Shown here one piece after another: positions 16,775 through 24,330 of a DNA stretch of 32,000 nucleotides (position 1 is the stretch's first letter; each line of letters begins with the position of its first letter). Below the pieces are notes generated by a model. The model was not told the origin of the DNA. It was given only the letters and a program-made list of their open reading frames with translations, and searched no databases. The DNA is from Candidatus Nanoarchaeia archaeon (GTDB taxonomy: Archaea; Nanobdellota; Nanobdellia; CSSed11-243R1): positions 61,847-93,846 of the forward strand of contig JAQTNH010000001.1 in assembly GCA_028713895.1 (NCBI GenBank), given 5' to 3'. The translations under genes were made by a program, and so were the position numbers.

Positions 16775-17452
16775 TTAGTGCGTTATTTTTGATTCCTCAA
16801 CAAACATCTTAACGAAATTTATCATGTATTCGGACTTTTCTTTGACCATCTCTTTTGCAGTTTTTGTATGCAGCCTCTGGTAAACCTCCACTGCATGCCT
16901 GTATACATTGTGTATTGCGCTCTTTTTTCCAGAGTCAACATCATCAAATGACAGGGAGGGGACGTAAAGAGGCGTATGTGCATTTGTGCAGTATTCTATA
17001 ATGCGGGCAATTCCTATTGCGCCCAAGCCAAGAATTGAATCAGCATCCTGCAGATACCAAATCTCCCGCTTTTCAGTTGGAGTTTCCCTGCCGCGCATGA
17101 ATGGCTTTGTATCATCATGCAGCAGTATTGCCTCAAGGACAGCCTCTATCTTTTCGTTGGGAAATCCTACTTGAGGCAGGATATCTTGTGCACATTTTTT
17201 GCTGCGTTCAGGATGATGCACCTGTTTCGGGTCATCAGGGTCAAGAAACGCATACCCTGTGTCATGGAACATGCAGCCTGCGTAGACAACTTCCATGTCA
17301 ACCTCAACGCCCTCGCCTTCATCTATTCTCTTTGCCAGCCCCCAGACATCTTTGTGATGCTGGAAATCATGGCCAAAATTCGGGCTTTGAAGGATTAGCC
17401 TGACTGCGTCTTCCAGTTTATCCATATAATCCCAGTTGTAATTATTTACCAT
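16775..17452 (-). CDS. HD-domain metal-dependent phosphohydrolase
   Basis: The H..HD..D pattern: GHDFQHHKDV, MFHDTGY, LLHDD, LQDADS. I prefer the internal ATG at 17452 (MVNNYNWDYMDKLEDA) because the 30 extra N-terminal codons of the track ORF look non-coding. Confidence 0.8.
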   Translation of the reverse strand: MVNNYNWDYMDKLEDAVRLILQSPNFGHDFQHHKDVWGLAKRIDEGEGVEVDMEVVYAGCMFHDTGYAFLDPDDPKQVHHPERSKKCAQDILPQVGFPNEKIEAVLEAILLHDDTKPFMRGRETPTEKREIWYLQDADSILGLGAIGIARIIEYCTNAHTPLYVPSLSFDDVDSGKKSAIHNVYRHAVEVYQRLHTKTAKEMVKEKSEYMINFVKMFVEESKITH

Positions 17453-17542
17453 TATTATCCCCAGAACCCCACCAGAGTTATGGTTAAAACCTGCATTTAT
17501 TAATCTTGCTTTTAAACAGAAGATACTAAAAATCAGTGACAC

Positions 17543-17553
17543 AAAATTTAAAT
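17543..17553 (+). promoter_or_regulatory. TATA-like box for the 17577 gene
   Basis: aaaatttaaat, centred ~29 nt upstream of the ATG. Confidence 0.4.
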
Positions 17554-17576
17554 GGGACGTTTGGATATGTTATATT

Positions 17577-17981
17577 ATGAAAAAGCTCCCTTTCGATCTT
17601 GTTTCAAAGCTAAGCTATTTTTATACCACTCCAGACAAGGAATGGGACAAAAAGGATACAAAACTGTTCTATGATATTACACGGATTATTTCAAAAGATG
17701 GCACATATGTCCAGGATGATACATCTATGAACTCGTGGACTAAGCGAAGCAAGCGCAAAATAAAACCGCCTAATTATCTGGAAAGGGCTGTGCTTGACAG
17801 CTGTTCTGAACTGAATAAGTTCAGAACTATCCAGAACCCTGACAGCATTTCCTGCGAACTAACAAAGAGCCGGCTCGTATGTATTAAAACAAAAGATGAA
17901 GGCGGCATAGTCGGAGCTTATTTTATAGGTTTTGGAGAGCTAGAAGAAAAACTTAGAGAGGCATATTCTAAAAAGAAGTAA
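17577..17981 (+). CDS. Hypothetical protein (134 aa), AT-rich ORFan
   Basis: ORF with leaderless-type promoter spacing. No motif recognised. Confidence 0.55.
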   Translation: MKKLPFDLVSKLSYFYTTPDKEWDKKDTKLFYDITRIISKDGTYVQDDTSMNSWTKRSKRKIKPPNYLERAVLDSCSELNKFRTIQNPDSISCELTKSRLVCIKTKDEGGIVGAYFIGFGELEEKLREAYSKKK

Positions 17982-17988
17982 TAATTAA

Positions 17989-18111
17989 TGGGGCTGGAGA
18001 GATTTGAACTCTCGACCACACGCATTTCAGGACTTTTCTTTCGCTGGCGTTTCTTTTCGCAAAAGAAAGGCCGCCCCAAGCGCGCATTCTACCAAGCTGA
18101 ACTACAGCCCC
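17989..18111 (-). tRNA. tRNA-Pro (anticodon GGG) with a 49-nt intron; no encoded CCA
   Basis: Hand-folded. Acceptor GGGGCUG/CAGCCCC, U8 A9, D-arm GUUC-AGCUUGGUA-GAAU (G18 G19). Anticodon stem CGCGC/GCGUG, loop UU-GGG-G..U, variable UGGUC. T-arm GAGAG-UUCAAAU-CUCUC, discriminator A. 74 nt mature plus 49 nt intron gives 123 nt. Confidence 0.85.
18025..18073 (-). other. tRNA intron at the canonical 37/38 position
   Basis: The sequence between G37 and U38 is CGGCCUUUCUUUUGCGAAAAGAAACGCCAGCGAAAGAAAAGUCCUGAAA. It contains a perfect 8-bp hairpin UUUCUUUU-GCG-AAAAGAAA (18050-18068). Exact splice boundaries are inferred from the cloverleaf. Confidence 0.7.
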
Positions 18112-18177
18112 GTTTAATAAATAAATCTAATTTTGCTCTTAAAAAGGTTTTTAATGTAATAATTCCTTTAAAAAGAC

Positions 18178-19407
18178 ATGAAAATCCCTTTAATGAAAAG
18201 AGGACAGGACAGGGGATATGCTGTACCATTGATTCTGCTCGGGTTTTTAGGCGTGTTTCTCCTGTACATAATATTAGTTTACCCATCTGAGCGCGCAAAG
18301 CTGCTCAACATAGACACTGATAATGGAGAAGAGGTTTCGCCGTTAGGGGAAGGAACCGAGGTTCTTTACAGCAGCGGAGAGCGTTTTGAAGTCGGCAGGG
18401 CGGTTGGAAGCGAGGTTTTCAGCTGGAAACTCAACAATGCAATCGTAAGCCATGCTGCTGTGCCAAAAACTCTTGACTCCACAGCAAACAGGGTGATGTC
18501 TGCAACGCTTGTGAGCTCGGACACAGAATCTTTCAGCGCAAACAATCTTAATCTCGCAAACACAAAAGATGTTGTTGTAAAACTTAACATTGAATCAATA
18601 AAGGGAAACCCAAAAATACAGATTATACTCAACAAGACAATGATTTATGAAAAAGCCGCGGCAGCAGGAGAGACAAACATCCGGATACAGCCGGGGCTTC
18701 TTGATGAAGACAGCAACCCGATATATGTGAAGGTGCTTCACCAGGGAGCTGCATTCTGGAGCGTGCAGTCAGTCAGTTTCAACTCTATAAATATTGACCA
18801 GTATTATTACGACCCTGAAAACTCAATAAGCCCGCAAAATGTGATAATTTCCGAGAACAATTACAGGGGCAGCAGAGTGAACCTTATATTCAATGTCACG
18901 AGCGCTGTAACAGACGGGGAGCTTAACATAGCAATCCAAAAGCCAGGAGCAGCGAAGACTGTTGTATGGAGCGGAGCTCCAGAACTCGGGGTTGCAACAG
19001 CTTCATTTGACATTGACCAGATTGGAATCGGGGAAAACATAATCTCATTTGAGGCAAAGAAAGGCGGAGAGTACGCAATTGCGAACACAACACTGAAGTT
19101 CTTCGCTGAGAGCCAGCCTCCTGCAATAAAAACATATTCCTTTGACATTGAAGCCTCAAAACTGTATTCAGGCAGGGTTATAATGCTCGGCGTGAAAGTT
19201 GACAGGATAATTGAGCCAGGCTCATTGTTCTTCACAGTAGGAGCAAGCCCGCTGTCCTATTACTTCCCGTCAGCAGACATAGCTTCAGGAGCATGGAGCT
19301 ACACGCAGCTTGACAAAGGAAAGCTAAAGGAGCTCGGGAACAAGATAATACTTGACTCTGTCAACGGACGCTTCAGCATAAGCGGATTGATGATAATATT
19401 AAAGTAA
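18178..19407 (+). CDS. N-terminally anchored extracellular protein, first gene of the surface operon
   Basis: N-terminus MKIPLMKRGQDRGYAVPLILLGFLGVFLLYIILVY. The alternative ATG 18193 fits TTTAAAAA at 18165-18172 as a leaderless start. Sequons NKT, NVT, NTT. No family recognised. Confidence 0.7.
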   Translation: MKIPLMKRGQDRGYAVPLILLGFLGVFLLYIILVYPSERAKLLNIDTDNGEEVSPLGEGTEVLYSSGERFEVGRAVGSEVFSWKLNNAIVSHAAVPKTLDSTANRVMSATLVSSDTESFSANNLNLANTKDVVVKLNIESIKGNPKIQIILNKTMIYEKAAAAGETNIRIQPGLLDEDSNPIYVKVLHQGAAFWSVQSVSFNSINIDQYYYDPENSISPQNVIISENNYRGSRVNLIFNVTSAVTDGELNIAIQKPGAAKTVVWSGAPELGVATASFDIDQIGIGENIISFEAKKGGEYAIANTTLKFFAESQPPAIKTYSFDIEASKLYSGRVIMLGVKVDRIIEPGSLFFTVGASPLSYYFPSADIASGAWSYTQLDKGKLKELGNKIILDSVNGRFSISGLMIILK

Positions 19408-19423
19408 GGTGAAAGGTGACTAA

Positions 19424-21004
19424 GTGCCTCCAGTAAAGTTTTTTGCGAATTTAGCAGGGAAAGCAACAAAATTCGGGAGTAATGTGACTTCTAAAGCCAG
19501 CGCTGGAATGCAAAAATACCAGCAGGCAAAGCAGGCTGCTTCCCCGTATCTTGAAAAAGCTGAAGCTGCAAAAAACTGGGTCGGAGGAAAAGCAAGCGCA
19601 GTTAAAGGCGGGGTTGTTGCGGGCGCTGCTGCAGGCGGAAGATATTATGGCGCTGTGAAAGATGCAGGGCACAGGATGTTCGGAGGGCTCAGCATATTCA
19701 AGGGAGTCGGGCCTGTAATCGGGATTTTCCTCATAATTCTCCTTATCATGGTGGTGTTCTGGTTCATGAGCAAAGGCGGGCTCCAGGCAACAGGAGGGAG
19801 CGAGTACACCGCTGAAAAGCAGACTGAAACATTGTTCCAGAATGTATGGATACGCCGCGTAGAAGACTGGTTTGCAAACCCGTTCGGGGTGCGCGCAACA
19901 TCTGGCGAATATGAGGAAACATCCACAACATCGCCGACAACATCAACTGCCCCAAACCAGGCGTTCACTGTCGAGATAAAAACAACGCCCAGCATAGTTC
20001 AGTATAATACAAACGGAATCACTGCGGTCATAACAACAAAGAACGAGGGAACAACCATAATAAAAGAACTCAAACTTAATATCACTTCAGAACAGCCGGC
20101 TGGAAAATGCCTCAGATTTGACACGCTGCCAGCAGGCTGCAGCCCAGTTGTAGCCGGAGAATACATCTGCAATATAAGCGATGTTTACCCGCTGTCTTCA
20201 AAACAACTTGTGATTTCAGGCGGATACATTGATGAAACCTGTGTCGGTGACACATTCGGAACTTCTTTTGACCCTGCAATACCTGTGTCTGTTTTTGTAA
20301 ATGTAAAGGGCAGCACATATTATCCTGCGTCCTCAAGGCTTGCTGTTGAGCGAATAAAAACAGCTTACGGCACTCTGCTGATACAGAACTCGCTTCTCAT
20401 GCAGCAGCAGCGCGGGGCAATTTACCAGACAGGCACAGCGCTGACTCTTGACATGGATGCTGGAGAACAGCCAATCCTTGACAGTGTTGACCAGGGCGGG
20501 CTTTTATTCAGCTGGACAAATGTGGGCAACGGCAAGATGGACTCAACCAAAAACCCGTTCCTTTTCATAGTAACTCCAGACAGCTTTGGGCAGTGCATAT
20601 TCCAGGGATTAGGTTCAACACAATATGAGTACACGCTGGGCCAGAGTGTTGATGTTGTATGCGACAACACTGCTGTGCTTGGAAGCAAGTACAAGTGCAT
20701 AGTATGTGATGCTTCACTGCAAACTTCATGGTGCCAGGAAGGCAATCCAGTGTACCAGCAGATAGAGAAGAGCGCTGGAAGCATAAAAGAAAGCTTTGAC
20801 TGGGCATGCGGACTTGTAGGAAACGGCTATCATGTCTGCGCAACAAACGGGCTCACACAGGAGTTCGGCCTGATGACATGCCCTCTTGTGTTCACAGAAC
20901 CAATAAATGCAAACAGGATTACAAGGTATGTAACTGCGGTTGCATTGTACCCATACGTAGTTGAAGCGCCATACTCAACAGTGCAGGCATTCAGACAGGT
21001 GTAA
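19424..21004 (+). CDS. Single-pass membrane protein: ~95-aa K/A/G-rich N-terminal tail, TM, Thr/Ser linker, CARDB-like segment, Cys-rich ectodomain
   Basis: GTG start 4 nt after GGTGA (19415-19419). TM VGPVIGIFLIILLIMVVFWFM. Linker TSTTSPTTSTAP. ITAVITTKNEGTTIIKELKLNITSE. 12 Cys, all after the TM. Confidence 0.7.
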   Translation: MPPVKFFANLAGKATKFGSNVTSKASAGMQKYQQAKQAASPYLEKAEAAKNWVGGKASAVKGGVVAGAAAGGRYYGAVKDAGHRMFGGLSIFKGVGPVIGIFLIILLIMVVFWFMSKGGLQATGGSEYTAEKQTETLFQNVWIRRVEDWFANPFGVRATSGEYEETSTTSPTTSTAPNQAFTVEIKTTPSIVQYNTNGITAVITTKNEGTTIIKELKLNITSEQPAGKCLRFDTLPAGCSPVVAGEYICNISDVYPLSSKQLVISGGYIDETCVGDTFGTSFDPAIPVSVFVNVKGSTYYPASSRLAVERIKTAYGTLLIQNSLLMQQQRGAIYQTGTALTLDMDAGEQPILDSVDQGGLLFSWTNVGNGKMDSTKNPFLFIVTPDSFGQCIFQGLGSTQYEYTLGQSVDVVCDNTAVLGSKYKCIVCDASLQTSWCQEGNPVYQQIEKSAGSIKESFDWACGLVGNGYHVCATNGLTQEFGLMTCPLVFTEPINANRITRYVTAVALYPYVVEAPYSTVQAFRQV

Positions 21005-22185
21005 TGATGAAAAAAGAAATTATAACCATCGGACTCTGCATGATTTTTGTAAGCATGATTCTAGGATGCTCATTCCTCGGCGGAGGCTCAAAAAATGAAA
21101 CCAAGCTCACAGTGGAGCAGGGAATCGGTGTTGTAGGAACTTTGAATGTTGACGAGCTCAACCCAGGGCTTGACGGATACATTTCCCTGACAGTGCGAAA
21201 CAACCTTGGCGGAGAAAGCGCAAGCAAGGTTTATGTTTCGCTGGATAATGTTGAGCCTTTCAAGATTTTCGAGTGCGGCGCATTCCATAATGTCTCGTCT
21301 GAAATAAGGGACTGCACAGGAGAATTCTCGCTTGACAAATACCTGCCGTACAGGAGCCATGGAGAAAGCAAGATGTTCCCTGGACAGGAACTGCAGTTCT
21401 ACTGGAGGCTGAGAGCGCCGTCAAAAACAGAGATATCAAACATTGCACTGCGCCACCCGATTTACTATGATTTGGAATATGATTACAGGACAACTTTTAC
21501 GCAGAACATAATATTCATGTCACAGCAGGAAGTCCTGCGACGAAGACAGGCTGGAGAAACATACCAGGTTGAAGGGGAGGCAAGCAGCGGAGCAGGTGAA
21601 TTAAGAGTCACCGGAGCAACGCAGCAGCCAGTCACATACCAGTTCATGAACCCCTCAGACATAACAACAACTGAAAGCGAATTCCCGTTCTCGCTCAGCT
21701 ATGCTGTAACGAACGAGGGCAAAGGGCTGCCGCTGTCGGATGTTGTTGTTTTGGTTGAACTTCCGCGCGGCAAGTTTGATTCAGCCAAAAAGGACATTGT
21801 GGCAGACAATGAAACAATGTCGCAGTACGGCTGGATGAAGTTCAAAGACATGGAAAGCGAGGGAACCAACTGCAGCACAGGCTCAGGCGAAAAAAACTGC
21901 TCAACATGGATACAGGAAACATACGGCAATGAGTTTAACTCATTGTTCGGAACGGCAATAACAGAAGACAGGCTGCTTGTAAAAATTGTGAAGCGCACTG
22001 ACTTCATAAACGAGTTTTCACTGTACCTTCCGCTCAAGCTGGTTGCAGGAGACAGGACAAGCGGGATGACTGCACTGAAAAACCTCCAGATTCCGATACA
22101 GATATACGGATTCAAAATGCACAATATGTACAGGTATTTCACAGAAGGAAGCTCGGAAATAGCGGTATTCCCTGTGAGAGTTTAA
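21004..22185 (+). CDS. Putative lipoprotein with CARDB-like domain
   Basis: MMKKEIITIGLCMIFVSMILGC|SFLGGG (lipobox). GYISLTVRNNLGGESASKVYVSL..PGQELQFYWRLRAPSKTE. AGGTG at 20997-21001. The ATG overlaps the upstream TAA (TAATG), and a second ATG at 21007 is equally possible. Confidence 0.7.
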   Translation: MMKKEIITIGLCMIFVSMILGCSFLGGGSKNETKLTVEQGIGVVGTLNVDELNPGLDGYISLTVRNNLGGESASKVYVSLDNVEPFKIFECGAFHNVSSEIRDCTGEFSLDKYLPYRSHGESKMFPGQELQFYWRLRAPSKTEISNIALRHPIYYDLEYDYRTTFTQNIIFMSQQEVLRRRQAGETYQVEGEASSGAGELRVTGATQQPVTYQFMNPSDITTTESEFPFSLSYAVTNEGKGLPLSDVVVLVELPRGKFDSAKKDIVADNETMSQYGWMKFKDMESEGTNCSTGSGEKNCSTWIQETYGNEFNSLFGTAITEDRLLVKIVKRTDFINEFSLYLPLKLVAGDRTSGMTALKNLQIPIQIYGFKMHNMYRYFTEGSSEIAVFPVRV

Positions 22186-22245
22186 ACAGCAAAATGGTTA
22201 TAATCACCAATTATATTAAGAATAATAATTAAAGGAGGTCAAAAA

Positions 22246-23094
22246 ATGAAGAGATTAGCATTTATGGCAGTAGCATTGTTTGCACTGATATTTGCCCTTG
22301 GATGCACTGGCGGTGATAAAACCGAAGAAGCCGGTACAGGACAAGGCTACTCGATGACAGTATCTCCGACTGACACGATAACAGGGAGCCCTGTTACAAT
22401 TGACTTGAGGCTTGAAAACATATTCGACAAGGACATGACAGGTGTCACTGTACGAATGAAGGATGTCTCGTCAATATACAACAAGGACGGAGAACTGACG
22501 ACAGGAACAACAATAATCAAGGGACAGACATACCCAGTAATAATGACGCTGTCTTCGGACAGAGCCGGAACAATTTCTGGAAAACATGTTGAAGTCTGCT
22601 TTGACTATGACACAGAGTATTACTTTGACATAGGGCTCAAATCAAAGTCACAGGCAGCAGAAGAGCTTGCTGTTGAAAGCGGAGCATCAAGCGGACCGCT
22701 TGGAGTCGCAGTAGTCGGGCTTGAAAATGTTTTCTATGAAAACTTGAAAGGCACCGGAGCACTTACACTGTCAAATGAATGGCAGGGAACGATAAAAGAG
22801 ATTAAATCTGTCTCAGCAGAATTCCCAGTCGGGAGCTATGTCCGCAGCGGAGCGATATCAATCTCAGGATGCACAGGAACAACAGCTGGCGGAGTAACGA
22901 CAGTCAAGAGCACAGACACAGGATGCAGCATTTTGAGCAATGATGTGGCAATAGCAAACGGACTGACTCTCAGAACAGAAGTCGATGTTAACGCAACACA
23001 GACAGCCCTGACAGTCGAGAGAACAGTTGGAAATGTAATCTACAACTATTGCTATGACATTGACTTGCCAACGTTGACAATCAAATCGGTGTAA
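22246..23094 (+). CDS. Putative lipoprotein with CARDB-like domain
   Basis: MKRLAFMAVALFALIFALGC|TGG (lipobox). AGGAGGT at 22233-22239, 6 nt before the ATG. SPVTIDLRLENIFDKDMTGVTVRM. Confidence 0.7.
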   Translation: MKRLAFMAVALFALIFALGCTGGDKTEEAGTGQGYSMTVSPTDTITGSPVTIDLRLENIFDKDMTGVTVRMKDVSSIYNKDGELTTGTTIIKGQTYPVIMTLSSDRAGTISGKHVEVCFDYDTEYYFDIGLKSKSQAAEELAVESGASSGPLGVAVVGLENVFYENLKGTGALTLSNEWQGTIKEIKSVSAEFPVGSYVRSGAISISGCTGTTAGGVTTVKSTDTGCSILSNDVAIANGLTLRTEVDVNATQTALTVERTVGNVIYNYCYDIDLPTLTIKSV

Positions 23095-23098
23095 TAAG

Positions 23099-24259
23099 AT
23101 GAAAGGGAAAACTTTTTTTCCATTTTTTTTATTTTTTATTTTCTTAGTGGTATTTATTCTCGGATGCAGCAGTTTTGGCGGTGACGGACTCAGCAAGCAG
23201 ACAACAGCTGCAAAATTCTCAAAAGGAGTATTCAACAGCACAATTCTTATAAACGGCGCTGAAAAAACAGAGCTCACTCTTACAAACAGGCAGCCGGCAG
23301 AGATAGGCTTGTTTGTAAAGAACCAGGGCCCGAATGACATCAACAATGTCAATATACGCGCAATAGGCTGCGTTGACATTGATTCCTCGCAGTCAACAAA
23401 GAGCGTGGTGCAGAAAGGAACCACGGATTATTTCAGCTGGAGCATACGCGCCCCTGAGCTCGGGACAAGCGAAAGCTTCTCCTGCCCGCTTATACTGCGA
23501 GCATGCTTTGAAGAGACATCAAACGGATACATGGAGCTTGTCGTTGTAAACGAAACATATTCAGAAGCTCCAAGCACCCCGAATTTCTACTACAAAAGCG
23601 GGATATTCACTATTGAGCCAAATTTCGGGGCTTTCAGGATAATAAATGATTTGAAAAGCGACCCTGATGTGCTTTACGGCACATTAAAAATCAAGAACAC
23701 AGGCAGCGGATGGATTGATTACCTGAACCAGACAGAGGAGTCTGACCTTGAGATAAACAAAATCAAAAAAATAAACATGACAATTGATTCCTCAAGCGCG
23801 CTGGAGTTCTACAAAATCGGCGATATAAGCAAGGCAAGCGGGTCTGCGATTTATTCGTATGTCACAACAGGCAGTGCACAGTCATCGCATTGCGACAGCG
23901 ATATGGGAGACGGATATGAAACCACAATAAACGGGCACAGCGCATACTGCAGGTATGTGAGAGACTGCACTGACGGAAAATTCTATGAATGCTGGCATGA
24001 CTCTGCATGGCAAAAATTATATGTCATCAGCCTGGATGGAAAAAAGCTTAATCTTGCATCAGGCGCACTTGACATCGGAAGCTCGGATTACAATTATTTC
24101 CTCAGCCTGATTGGCGGACAGGAGCTCAGCATCTATCTGGGGATATTCGCGCCGCAATATCCAGCCAAGGATATATCATATGATATGGTTGACTACACAA
24201 TAGAAAGCGGATACTGCATTGATCTGGCATCCCTCAATGTGCACCTGACTGGCAGGTAA
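23099..24259 (+). CDS. Putative lipoprotein with CARDB-like domains
   Basis: MKGKTFFPFFLFFIFLVVFILGC|SSFGG (lipobox). GGTG at 23088-23091. AEIGLFVKNQGPNDINNVNIRAIG..YFSWSIRAPELGTSE. LYGTLKIKNTGSGWIDY. 8 Cys after the lipobox Cys. Confidence 0.7.
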   Translation: MKGKTFFPFFLFFIFLVVFILGCSSFGGDGLSKQTTAAKFSKGVFNSTILINGAEKTELTLTNRQPAEIGLFVKNQGPNDINNVNIRAIGCVDIDSSQSTKSVVQKGTTDYFSWSIRAPELGTSESFSCPLILRACFEETSNGYMELVVVNETYSEAPSTPNFYYKSGIFTIEPNFGAFRIINDLKSDPDVLYGTLKIKNTGSGWIDYLNQTEESDLEINKIKKINMTIDSSSALEFYKIGDISKASGSAIYSYVTTGSAQSSHCDSDMGDGYETTINGHSAYCRYVRDCTDGKFYECWHDSAWQKLYVISLDGKKLNLASGALDIGSSDYNYFLSLIGGQELSIYLGIFAPQYPAKDISYDMVDYTIESGYCIDLASLNVHLTGR

Positions 24260-24330
24260 AATAATTCTTTTGGAAACCGAGGGTTCCATGATTGCATATA
24301 TAATATAGGCGGAAAATAAACAAAAAGAAA

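Noticed and set aside
18178-18290. Class III (prepilin-like) signal peptide in the first operon protein (MKRGQDRG|YAVPLILLGFLGVFLLY).
   Set aside because: A K/R-G followed by a hydrophobic stretch is suggestive. However, the region after the putative cut lacks the usual pilin N-terminal pattern. The window has no PilB/FlaI ATPase, PilC/FlaJ platform or prepilin peptidase. A plain signal anchor is the simpler reading.
17988-18298. ORFs 17988-18290 (plus strand) and 18089-18298 (minus strand).
   Set aside because: They overlap the tRNA-Pro gene and its promoter region, and the translation (MGLERFELSTTRISGLFF..) is simply the tRNA read as protein.
17989-24259. Possibility that the surface-protein operon next to tRNA-Pro is an integrated virus or genomic island.
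   Set aside because: I saw no integrase, no capsid, portal or terminase-like motifs, and no partial tRNA-Pro direct repeat. The operon has host-like GC rather than the AT-rich signature of the obvious imports.
24260-24330. Hairpin TGGAA-ACCGAGGG-TTCCA between the convergent genes as a terminator.
   Set aside because: It has only a 5-bp stem with an 8-nt loop, which is too weak to call. Archaeal termination is adequately explained by nearby T-runs.
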